64,000 nucleotides of DNA from a virus. The stretch spans positions 32,001 to 96,000 of IMG/VR virus record IMGVR_UViG_3300045988_004573; one strand, written 5' to 3'. Positions 1 through 7,875 of the stretch are shown here, one piece after another. The translations under genes were made by a program, and so were the position numbers. Position 1 is the first letter of the stretch; each line of letters begins with the position of its first letter. The notes under the pieces are model-generated. The model saw nothing but the letters and a program-made list of their open reading frames with translations, was not told the origin of the DNA and did not search any database.

Positions 1-2
1 CT

Positions 3-218
3 ATTGGTGAACTCAAAAGGAGGTATAGCAAGATATACATTCTCCTAGACAATGATGAAGCTGGACTGCAAGATGCAGTGAAACTGTCAGAGTCTACTGG
101 GTTCACCAATATAGTATTACCCAAAGTGAATGATGCTAAAGACATCAGTGACTTATACAAATCTCTTCAAGACCCTAATAGGTTTAGGGGTATTATCATG
201 CCCTTATTTAAGGACTAA
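3..218 (+). CDS. 3' end of a gene entering from the left edge; TOPRIM-like fragment, probably the DNA primase C-terminus
   Basis: Frame 3 is open from nt 3 to TAA at 216-218 (IGELKRRYSKIYILLDNDEAGLQDAVKLSE...PLFKD*). A hydrophobic strand followed by DNDEAG resembles the acidic TOPRIM metal-binding motif of DnaG-type primases. It is absent from the ORF track because it has no start in the window. Confidence 0.45.
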   Translation: MGELKRRYSKIYILLDNDEAGLQDAVKLSESTGFTNIVLPKVNDAKDISDLYKSLQDPNRFRGIIMPLFKD

Positions 219-270
219 GATTGTTTTAGGATAACATTAACAAAAGTTTTAACATTTAACATTTCAAATT

Positions 271-957
271 ATGGAAACTCGTAAAGTAACTATCATCAAT
301 TCCAAGACCCAGAGCCAGAAGGTAATTCAGGACTCTAAGGCTACAACTCTCGGTGAACTCAAACAGGAAATGAGGGAGAGAGGTATTGACTACACAGGCA
401 TGACTTTCTTTGAAGGTCACATGAGAGCTGAACTCAAGGATGATGCAGCTCCTCTGCCTACCAACATCCCCTATAAGGGTCAGGTAGTCAATGACTTGAC
501 ATTCATGTTGACTGCACCTGAGAAGAAGGTTAAGTCTGGTGCTATGTCAAGAGCAGAAGCCTATGCAGAAATCAAGAAGAGAGGCTTGCAGGGTGCTTGT
601 GTGGATAAGTTCGGTAAGAACTTCACACAGTGTTCCACTGCTGACCTCATCTCTCTGATTGAGAAGAACTCTACCAAGGCAGCTCCTGCACCTAAAGCTG
701 AGAAGCCTGTAGAAGTAGCAGCTCCTACTGCTCCTGCAAAGGCAGAGGAAGCTCCTGTAGCACCTGAAACTCCTGCCACTGGATGTAACTGTTCAAAGGC
801 TCTTGCTATCCTCACAGAGGCTCTCTATGAGAATGACACCATTGAGGAGGGGACCTATGATGCAGTCATGGCTACTCTCAAAGGTGGTTCTTACAATGCA
901 CCTGAGAAGATGAACAAGAGGGAGATTGATGAGATGTTTGGCTTTGTTGAAAGATAA
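271..957 (+). CDS. Hypothetical protein with an N-terminal beta-grasp/ubiquitin-like-looking domain, an Ala/Pro-rich linker and a small C-terminal domain
   Basis: 228-aa ATG ORF, followed by its own hairpin plus T-run. Residues 4-90 (KVTIINSKTQSQKVIQDSKATTLGELKQEMRERGIDYTGMTFFEGHMRAELKDDAAPLP...DLTFMLTAPEKKVKSG) follow a strand-strand-helix-strand-strand pattern like ubiquitin. This is followed by a HeH/SAP-like segment and the linker KAAPAPKAEKPVEVAAPTAPAKAEEAPVAPETPA. Confidence 0.75.
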   Translation: METRKVTIINSKTQSQKVIQDSKATTLGELKQEMRERGIDYTGMTFFEGHMRAELKDDAAPLPTNIPYKGQVVNDLTFMLTAPEKKVKSGAMSRAEAYAEIKKRGLQGACVDKFGKNFTQCSTADLISLIEKNSTKAAPAPKAEKPVEVAAPTAPAKAEEAPVAPETPATGCNCSKALAILTEALYENDTIEEGTYDAVMATLKGGSYNAPEKMNKREIDEMFGFVER

Positions 958-976
958 GGTCAGATTGAACAACACA

Positions 977-1017
977 GGTGGAGGGTGAGTAGTATGCTTG
1001 CCCTTCACCTTTTTTTT
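977..1017 (+). terminator. Rho-independent terminator after the 271..957 gene
   Basis: GGTGGAGGG (977-985) pairs with CCCTTCACC (1001-1009), giving 9 bp with one G-U. The loop is 15 nt and is followed by T8 (1010-1017). Confidence 0.7.
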
Positions 1018-1026
1018 ATACACAGT

Positions 1027-2340
1027 ATGAGTGAAGAAGTAACTAATAAGGTAAGGGAGTTATATGACAACATCATGTACTTCCCTAATAAGGTTCTTAG
1101 CATATTCAATGACTTCTTTGGAGAACAGAGAGTGGATATGCAGGGATTCTGGGGCTTTGATGAGTTCCTACGTTCAATGTCTGAGGACAGGCTTAGTTCT
1201 TTCTTCTCCAGTAAGAGTGCTGTACTTAGTAGTCCAGAGTTCAGAAGTGCCAGTAAAGAGAATAAGGCTGTCATAGAAGATATGCTTGATAATGGTGCTT
1301 TGGATAGTGCTGTAACCAGTGATGAAGCACTTGCTACATACTTCCTACCTATAATGTTTACTGCTGTAATGCAGATTATGCCACAAGGCTTCATTCTTGT
1401 GCATTTCCCTCATGTAAGGGTTACTAATGAGAATGACAGGTTTGTGGATATAAACCATCTATGGGTTAAAGTAGGCATAAAGGCAAGTGGTGCAGGCATG
1501 GGTTACTTTGCTGTAAATAGGAGTGAGTATGAACTCTCTCATATGAAGGCAGACTATATGCACAGTCATGTACCAGGAATACCATTTGATAGGCTTACAG
1601 AGTTCAAGTCTCCTTGTCTGGGCAGTGGACCTATCAGAAGTACAGTAGCTACTCTTGCAGTGGAATATGATGAGGCTATATGGCAGTTGTTCTGTCTTGA
1701 ATTGGACAAGTATGTCAGGGTTGAAAGTATCTCTGGAGTACCTTACAGGTATCTGGAGAAGATAGGTACAGGTGGTGGTACAACTAATGGAGAGACTGAC
1801 TTCTCTATGCAGTCTACCACATTCAATGACTACAATACTATATTCTCTAAAGAGGATATGAAGGACTTCGTAAGGCATCTGATAAGAGACAAGAAACTCA
1901 AGTTCAACTTCATCAGAGGAAGCTATGGCTTTGCAATGTCCTACCTTGACTATAGAATACTCATTAGTAATGAGTTCATCAAGTGGTACAACCTGAGATA
2001 TAACTTAGGAACTTCTACTGCAAGTTATAATAACTTAGTTAGTAGGGGAATACTGAAAGAATGTATCATCAACAATGGTAAGATACAGTATTTCAGGAAC
2101 ACAGGGAGAAGTGGTGAGGACTATGGCAGGTATGAGGGTGCTGAGGTGTGTGTATTCAAAGGCAGACCTATCACCATACATATAGTGGATAGTTCTACTG
2201 ATACACTTAATAAAACAGTATTAGTCAGTGCAGGTATTGCTGAGGAAATAGCTAAAGCAGTGCTTACAATAGTAAATTACAAGTATGGAAGAGAACAAAG
2301 AGAAGAAGCTGGAATTAGTACACCAGCAATCTATCTATAA
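1027..2340 (+). CDS. Hypothetical protein; candidate E2/UBC-like fold in its central region
   Basis: The ORF-track start at 985 is a GTG inside the terminator, so the start was re-set to ATG 1027 (MSEEVTNKV). The central region reads as predicted strands (GFILVHFPHVRVTN, FVDINHLWVKVGIKA, GYFAVNRSEY), then YMHSHVPGI, then FKSPCLGSGP followed by a helix. This is reminiscent of the UBC HPN...Cys arrangement, but no motif is decisive. Confidence 0.7.
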   Translation: MSEEVTNKVRELYDNIMYFPNKVLSIFNDFFGEQRVDMQGFWGFDEFLRSMSEDRLSSFFSSKSAVLSSPEFRSASKENKAVIEDMLDNGALDSAVTSDEALATYFLPIMFTAVMQIMPQGFILVHFPHVRVTNENDRFVDINHLWVKVGIKASGAGMGYFAVNRSEYELSHMKADYMHSHVPGIPFDRLTEFKSPCLGSGPIRSTVATLAVEYDEAIWQLFCLELDKYVRVESISGVPYRYLEKIGTGGGTTNGETDFSMQSTTFNDYNTIFSKEDMKDFVRHLIRDKKLKFNFIRGSYGFAMSYLDYRILISNEFIKWYNLRYNLGTSTASYNNLVSRGILKECIINNGKIQYFRNTGRSGEDYGRYEGAEVCVFKGRPITIHIVDSSTDTLNKTVLVSAGIAEEIAKAVLTIVNYKYGREQREEAGISTPAIYL

Positions 2341-2341
2341 G

Positions 2342-3487
2342 ATGGTAATCCCTCAGGAGGTTGAGAAGAAGATAAGACTTCTGTGTAGGGAGATACACAA
2401 TGTGGAATGGTCTGGAGTACTGTTCTACAAGGTAAGTGGTTCATTTGAGGATAAGTCTTTGACAATCACTTGTGTAGACTTGTTCCAGATGGATGAAGGT
2501 ACTGGAGGATATACTGAATATGATATGTCCCCAGATGTCATGGGTTATATGGTAGACCATCCTGAGCTGCTTGATGCAGGTGTATATCAGGGACTTATCC
2601 ATAGTCATAACAACATGGCTACATTCTTTAGTGGTACTGATACAGCTACCTTGCAGTCAGAAGGCAGTGATATGAACCACTTTGTATCACTGATTGTGAA
2701 CAATGCTGGTAAATATACAGCAGGAGTGACTAGGAAGGCTAAGCTCAAACAGACAGTCAATGAGGAGTTCACCTATCCCACATGGGGTGATGAGAGAGTA
2801 TCTGGCAATAGAACCTTTACAGTAGAGAAGGAGTATATCCAATGGTTTAACCTTGACATTGAGATTGAAGGAGTCAGTAATGACTTTGAAGAGGAAATGC
2901 TTGCAAGGATTAAGGAGATTAGGGCAACTAAGTCTAGTAAGAGGAACATTGAGAATGTCAGAAGTCCTTACTATGGCGGAGGCTATAAGAAAGAGGAATA
3001 TGGCAAGCACCCAATAGGTTCTTATGGTAATCCTAAGGGATATACAGTACCTGCTGGACCAGCTAATACTCCTATCAAGAGAGAGGTTAAGCAACCTACA
3101 CTCTTTGATGATACTAATGAGGAGTTTATGATTGACTATGAGAAGTTCAAACTCAATGAGGAGATAGTGGACTGGGTGGTTAAGCAGACCATCACTTGTA
3201 GTGTAATCATTCCTAACTCCAGTAACATTGATGTAGAGAAGTGGGCTAGGTCTATGGATTCTCTGTATAAGAAGAGATTTGCAGATAAGAAGGAGTTTGA
3301 AGCCTTTGCATCAAACTTTGTAGACTTTGTGGTTAACTATACAGAAGACCCAGAGGCTGCTGCTTTCTTGGATGCTACAGAGATGGCTGCTGTATTGGCT
3401 TATCAGGTAAGAGAGAAACTGAACACCCTGCCTAAGAATGAATGGCTGGATGCTTGGATGGAATTGTATGATGATTATATACTGTAA
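2342..3487 (+). CDS. JAB/MPN (JAMM) metallopeptidase-domain protein with a roughly 250-aa uncharacterised C-terminal region
   Basis: The JAMM signature is complete: upstream Glu in HNVEWSGVLFY, then H-S-H-NNMATFF-S-GT-D (HxH-x7-S-xx-D) at nt 2600-2641. ATG 2342 lies 1 nt after the upstream stop; the track start at 2285 overlaps the previous gene. Confidence 0.85.
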   Translation: MVIPQEVEKKIRLLCREIHNVEWSGVLFYKVSGSFEDKSLTITCVDLFQMDEGTGGYTEYDMSPDVMGYMVDHPELLDAGVYQGLIHSHNNMATFFSGTDTATLQSEGSDMNHFVSLIVNNAGKYTAGVTRKAKLKQTVNEEFTYPTWGDERVSGNRTFTVEKEYIQWFNLDIEIEGVSNDFEEEMLARIKEIRATKSSKRNIENVRSPYYGGGYKKEEYGKHPIGSYGNPKGYTVPAGPANTPIKREVKQPTLFDDTNEEFMIDYEKFKLNEEIVDWVVKQTITCSVIIPNSSNIDVEKWARSMDSLYKKRFADKKEFEAFASNFVDFVVNYTEDPEAAAFLDATEMAAVLAYQVREKLNTLPKNEWLDAWMELYDDYIL

Positions 3488-3489
3488 GT

Positions 3490-4662
3490 ATGGAAGATAT
3501 AGTAAGTGAAGTAACTGCTCAGGCTCTTAATCAGTTAGCTGATAGAAGCGTAGAGCAGGCTCGTCAAGAGTTTGAAAGAGCTATGGAGGAAGATACCAAT
3601 GCACTTCCTATCAATGCCTTTGGTGGAACTCTGTCTCCTGTAGGTTCTGCTGGAGAGTTACACTATATATGTACTCTTCTTAGAGACCATAGGGCAGAGC
3701 TGTCAGTTGATGAATTGATAGATAGAGACAATCTTGTCTATAATGTGCAGATAAATGAGGAGAATGGTCAGCACCATGACTATTGGGTCAATGACTATTG
3801 GCACAATCAGTTACTCATAGCTGCTGGAGTTATGGATGAGGTAATGCCTGAGGAGGCTCAGTTGAGTCCAGAAGAGGAAGCAATGTTAGCAGCAGCATTG
3901 GAGAGTGAGCATCAAGAGATACCTGTAAATTCACAGACAATCACTGTAGATGAGACTACAAGTAGATTCAGTGGTGCTATATGGTATGAGCAAATACAAC
4001 AGCAGACTGTCACTTTGGCAGGTGTTGGAGGTATTGGCAGTTATGTAGGTTTCCTGTTAGGTAGATTGAAGCCTCAGAGACTTATCATATATGACCCTGA
4101 CAGGGTTGAGACTGTCAATATGTCAGGTCAGTTGTATGGTCAGACAGATGTTGGTAATTATAAGAGTTTAGCCCTTGCCAATATGGTCAGAAACTATGCT
4201 AACTATAACAATATAGTGGCATTGAATGACAGGTTTGAGGCTAACTCTGAGGCTACTGACATTATGATATGTGGCTTTGACAATATGACAGCCAGAAGGA
4301 CATTCTATGAGAAGTGGAAGCAGAAGGTACTGTCCTATCCTGCTGGTAGTGATAACAGGAAGAAGTGTTTGTTCATAGATGGAAGATTGGCAGCAGAAGA
4401 GTTCCAAGTACTGTCCATTCAAGGAGATGATGAAAGAGCTATGGTGGAGTATGAGGATAAGTGGCTGTTCAGTGATGCAGAAGCTGAGGAGACTATATGC
4501 TCCTATAAGCAGACTACTTTCATGGCTAACATGATAGCATCAGTGATGGTCAATGTCTTTGTGAACTTCGTGGCTAACCAGTGTGGTCCTATCATAGACA
4601 GGGATGTTCCTTTCTTCATATCCTATGATGCAAGTACAATGTTTACTAAAGTTGAAATGTAA
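3490..4662 (+). CDS. ThiF/MoeB/E1-like adenylyltransferase-domain protein with a roughly 160-aa unknown N-terminal region
   Basis: Rossmann loop LAGVGGIGSYVG (GVGGIG at nt 4021-4038). Also IIYDPDRVETVNMSGQLY (D-x-D-x-V-x3-N-x-x-x-Q of E1/ThiF, with the usual Arg replaced by Gly), GNYKSLALA, CGFDNMTARRTF (DN...R) and a downstream Cys in ETICSYKQTTF. The start lies 2 nt after the JAB stop. Confidence 0.85.
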   Translation: MEDIVSEVTAQALNQLADRSVEQARQEFERAMEEDTNALPINAFGGTLSPVGSAGELHYICTLLRDHRAELSVDELIDRDNLVYNVQINEENGQHHDYWVNDYWHNQLLIAAGVMDEVMPEEAQLSPEEEAMLAAALESEHQEIPVNSQTITVDETTSRFSGAIWYEQIQQQTVTLAGVGGIGSYVGFLLGRLKPQRLIIYDPDRVETVNMSGQLYGQTDVGNYKSLALANMVRNYANYNNIVALNDRFEANSEATDIMICGFDNMTARRTFYEKWKQKVLSYPAGSDNRKKCLFIDGRLAAEEFQVLSIQGDDERAMVEYEDKWLFSDAEAEETICSYKQTTFMANMIASVMVNVFVNFVANQCGPIIDRDVPFFISYDASTMFTKVEM

Positions 4663-5462
4663 TGCAAAGAGTGAGTAGTAGAATGAGTTATACTATTGAG
4701 CATATGTATAACTCAAGGGGAGATATAGCTCCCTATAGCAGTCCAGATGCTAGACTAGTCAATTACTCTATGCACACTGTGTTCCCATCATTCTTTAGGG
4801 TTTCCTTACAAGGAGATAAGATTGAGCTTCCTATATTTGCCAAGGAGTATGTGCAAGGCAAGCTCCTTGAAAGGTTGGAAAATAGAGGAAACCCTATGAG
4901 AAGAAGTGACATTATCATACACTTCCACATTGTAGAGAGTAACTATGCTCCCTATAGGACAGCAGATGCTTTAATCAGGAATCTGGTGGAGTTCAACTCC
5001 AGTAGAAGAGGTATGTATCTAACTGCCAGTACCAATAAAGGAGAGACATATCATGGATGTAATGGTACTATATTCAATAAGGATATGGTTCCACTTATTT
5101 TCAATGTCATAGAATGTGAGATTGTGGATAATACTCTTGTATATAAGAGAGTCAAGAGTTACATACATCCATCAGTATTCTATTCTGATGGTACTGTGGA
5201 GAAGTGTATAGCCAACAAGATTATCCCATTTGTCATGCAGAATGGTATAGAGATAAGACCCTATGACTCAAGGGTAGTTGATAACATCAGCTATGTGGGT
5301 ACAGGAAGAATCAGGAAGACTATACCAGAACTGTCAGTTGCCAATGTAGCTGACAGGTTCTTCTGTAAGCCTATTCTTCCCAGTGTGGCATATAGTGATG
5401 ATGACATCAATGATATGCTGAACAGGAACATTGATGATGTATTCAATATCATTGGGTTATGA
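4662..5462 (+). CDS. Hypothetical protein, the last unknown member of the JAB/E1 cassette
   Basis: 266-aa ORF. Its ATG overlaps the E1-like stop (TAATG), and its stop overlaps the UDG start (ATGA). No motif recognised. Confidence 0.7.
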   Translation: MQRVSSRMSYTIEHMYNSRGDIAPYSSPDARLVNYSMHTVFPSFFRVSLQGDKIELPIFAKEYVQGKLLERLENRGNPMRRSDIIIHFHIVESNYAPYRTADALIRNLVEFNSSRRGMYLTASTNKGETYHGCNGTIFNKDMVPLIFNVIECEIVDNTLVYKRVKSYIHPSVFYSDGTVEKCIANKIIPFVMQNGIEIRPYDSRVVDNISYVGTGRIRKTIPELSVANVADRFFCKPILPSVAYSDDDINDMLNRNIDDVFNIIGL

Positions 5463-6169
5463 CACTTGAGGAATACTTTGGTGATTGGCTTAGAGTGATT
5501 GACAGAGCAGAGTTGGATAAGGTATTGACACTCCTTAACAGGATGTATAGGGTAAAACCTATATGTCCTGCACAGGAGAATGTATTCAAGGCATTCAACT
5601 TGTGTAAGTACCGTGACTGTAAGGTGGTATTCATAGGTCAAGACCCATACCCTCAGAAGGGTGTGGCTACTGGCATATTGTTTGGGAATGATGCAAGTAC
5701 TAGAGAAGATGACTGGTCTCCTTCATTAAAAATTGTTAGAGATTCAGTTATAGACTTGCGCAGACCACATAATTTGATTACCTTTGACCCCACCTTAGAG
5801 TCATGGGCTAAGCAAGGCATCCTTATGATTAACTCTGCTTTGACCGCGGAGATGAATAAGGTAGGCTCACACACTATGTTGTGGAGACCTTTCATCTCAA
5901 AGCTGCTAAAGAAGATGTCTGAGTATGACACTGGTATGATATATGTGTTGTTTGGTGGTACTGCCCGTACCTTCAAGCCATATATAGGAAAGTATAATGA
6001 TGTGATAGAGATAGAGCATCCTGCATGCTTTGCAAGAATCAACCAAGACATGCCCTCAGATATATTCTATGAGATTAACAAACTATTAAAAGCAAGGTAT
6101 AACACCACTATTAAATGGTATGATGAGGAACAGTGCAATGGAGATATGGAAGAGTATAACAGGCTATGA
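5459..6169 (+). CDS. ung: Uracil-DNA glycosylase, family 1-like
   Basis: VVFIGQDPYP (water-activating GQDPYH-type motif), KQGILMINSALTAEMNKVGSH (compare UNG QGVLLLNxVLTV...SH) and IEHPACF (HPSP-like). Confidence 0.8.
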   Translation: MTLEEYFGDWLRVIDRAELDKVLTLLNRMYRVKPICPAQENVFKAFNLCKYRDCKVVFIGQDPYPQKGVATGILFGNDASTREDDWSPSLKIVRDSVIDLRRPHNLITFDPTLESWAKQGILMINSALTAEMNKVGSHTMLWRPFISKLLKKMSEYDTGMIYVLFGGTARTFKPYIGKYNDVIEIEHPACFARINQDMPSDIFYEINKLLKARYNTTIKWYDEEQCNGDMEEYNRL

Positions 6170-6635
6170 TAACTTATATGAAGTAAGTAACCTTGGTAGA
6201 GTAAAGTCTCTTAAGAGAGTACCTAATACTATCTTGAAACCGTCTAGTAATGGTAGGTATTTGCAACTAGTACTGCACAAGGATGGCAGTAAGAGTAAGA
6301 AATACATACACAGACTAGTGGCAGAGGCTTTTATATCTAACCCTTATGGCTTTTCAGAGGTAAATCATAAGGATGAGGACAAAACCAACAATAATGTATC
6401 TAACTTGGAATGGTGTGATAGCACATACAATAACACATATAATCAGAGACATATCAAATCAAGAGAGTCTTTGAAGAAACCAATTATAGTTAGAGATATT
6501 AGTGGGGAGATTATAGCGGAGTATTCTTCAATATCCCAAGCATCTATTGCTCTTAATATGGACAAGAGCAATATATCAAAATGCTGTAGAGGTGTTATGT
6601 GTTCCTATAAAAGTTTAACATTTTCCTATAAATAG
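6138..6635 (+). CDS. HNH homing endonuclease (NUMOD4-like N-terminus, HNH core, C-terminal helix-turn-helix-like module)
   Basis: WKSITGYDNLYEVSNLGRVKSL, then HRLVAEAF...VNHKDEDKTNNNVSNLEW (HNH-N), and a C-terminal YSSISQASIALNMDKSNISKCCRG. The start was re-set to the internal ATG 6138 (MEIWK), because the track start at 6120 overlaps UDG. Confidence 0.8.
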   Translation: MEIWKSITGYDNLYEVSNLGRVKSLKRVPNTILKPSSNGRYLQLVLHKDGSKSKKYIHRLVAEAFISNPYGFSEVNHKDEDKTNNNVSNLEWCDSTYNNTYNQRHIKSRESLKKPIIVRDISGEIIAEYSSISQASIALNMDKSNISKCCRGVMCSYKSLTFSYK

Positions 6636-6649
6636 AAGAAAAAAAAAAT

Positions 6650-7183
6650 ATGAACAAGTTGAAACTGAAAGAGACTGGTAAAGAAGTCAAGATGGGTGAG
6701 AAGCTCATCAAAGTTGTGGAATTGTTTGGCGTTCCTGTACCTGTAGCACAAGTAGAGGTCAATGAAACTACTCTTCCTGACCTTATCAAGCATGGTATAG
6801 TAGTAGCGGAGGGTTCTGATAGTGACATTGATGTTACTATTGAGAGTGCAGTACAGCATCTGGCTAATAGGATTGGCTGGAACAAAGAGAACCTTGAGAA
6901 GTACTTCAACAACCTCTATAAGATTAGCCCTGCTGCTGTCTTTGAGATTGTATTGAAGGAAGTGGCTATCCTGCTTGATGAGAGATACCCTGACCACATC
7001 AGCAACAGTAAGGAGATTTGGGTAATCAATAAGGTCAATGGAGAGATTCAGAAACTCAAAGACCTGAGCAAAATCAAGAGCTTCCAGCACTTTGCAGCAT
7101 TCAGAAGCCTTGAGGATGCTCTTGTAGCCAAGAGAGTGATGGCTCCTGCATTGAAGGACTTGTATGGAAAACAGAAGAATTAA
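6650..7183 (+). CDS. Hypothetical protein
   Basis: 177-aa ORF co-oriented with its neighbours and with a protein-like composition. It is preferred over the antisense 200-aa ORF at 6626..7228. Confidence 0.65.
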   Translation: MNKLKLKETGKEVKMGEKLIKVVELFGVPVPVAQVEVNETTLPDLIKHGIVVAEGSDSDIDVTIESAVQHLANRIGWNKENLEKYFNNLYKISPAAVFEIVLKEVAILLDERYPDHISNSKEIWVINKVNGEIQKLKDLSKIKSFQHFAAFRSLEDALVAKRVMAPALKDLYGKQKN

Positions 7184-7616
7184 AGGTGCTACGCCTTTAG
7201 TTGTTGATGACATCAAGTTTAAGTCCAAGATTGAGGCAAGTGTATATAAGCACTTGCTTCAAGCTGGATTTAACCCAGTGTATGAGGGTATGAAGTTCAC
7301 TATATGGAGTGGCTTCAAGCCTACAGTCCCATTCTATACAAGGATAGGGCGAAGCAATGGGCTTAATATGAAGAAAACTATAGACATCACCTATACCCCA
7401 GACTTTACATTCATGTATAATGGTAAGCTAATTATCATAGAGGTCAAAGGGTTACAGAATGATGTCTTTCCATATAAGTTTAAGATGTTCAGAGGTATGC
7501 TTGAGAGAGAACCTTATGTAGGCAATACCCTACTGTTTGAGATATTCAGCATCAAGCAACTAAAGGAGTGTATAGAAATCATAAAATCTTATGACTCCAA
7601 TACAAAGGCTAAATAG
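7164..7616 (+). CDS. DUF1064-like PD-(D/E)xK endonuclease, a possible junction-resolving or recombination nuclease
   Basis: N-terminal VVDDIKFKSKIEASVYKHL, then YTPDFTF...GKLIIIEVKG (D...E-x-K). This pattern is typical of the small phage DUF1064 nuclease family, as I recall it. Confidence 0.6.
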   Translation: MENRRIKGATPLVVDDIKFKSKIEASVYKHLLQAGFNPVYEGMKFTIWSGFKPTVPFYTRIGRSNGLNMKKTIDITYTPDFTFMYNGKLIIIEVKGLQNDVFPYKFKMFRGMLEREPYVGNTLLFEIFSIKQLKECIEIIKSYDSNTKAK

Positions 7617-7875
7617 TTTGGTAAAGTCATTCCCAGAGAAGGATAGGGAATTGATGCAGAAGATGTTAGATGAAAGGAAGTTTGAAGACTTGTGGGAACT
7701 TGTGAAGTCCTCTATCTATATGGTGAGGAAGTACAAGGACAAGTATGAGGCTGACCTTACTGACATGACTGTGTTCAAGTCTGAACTATCCTCCTATATG
7801 GACCAGTTAGGTCTGGGGGATGATGAGGAGTTTGAGGATGAGGAAGAAATGATTGACACTTATGAAGAGTATTAG
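7591..7875 (+). CDS. Hypothetical small protein with an acidic C-terminus
   Basis: 94-aa ORF ending in GDDEEFEDEEEMIDTYEEY. It is co-oriented with and overlaps both neighbours. Confidence 0.55.
   Translation: MTPIQRLNSLVKSFPEKDRELMQKMLDERKFEDLWELVKSSIYMVRKYKDKYEADLTDMTVFKSELSSYMDQLGLGDDEEFEDEEEMIDTYEEY

Noticed and set aside
6626-7228. 200-aa ORF on the - strand, longer than the overlapping + strand ORF at 6650..7183
   Set aside because: It is antisense to an otherwise uniformly + strand block. Its product is Leu/Phe/Cys-rich with a poly-Phe tail and does not look protein-like. The + strand ORF has sensible composition and is tightly spaced with its neighbours.
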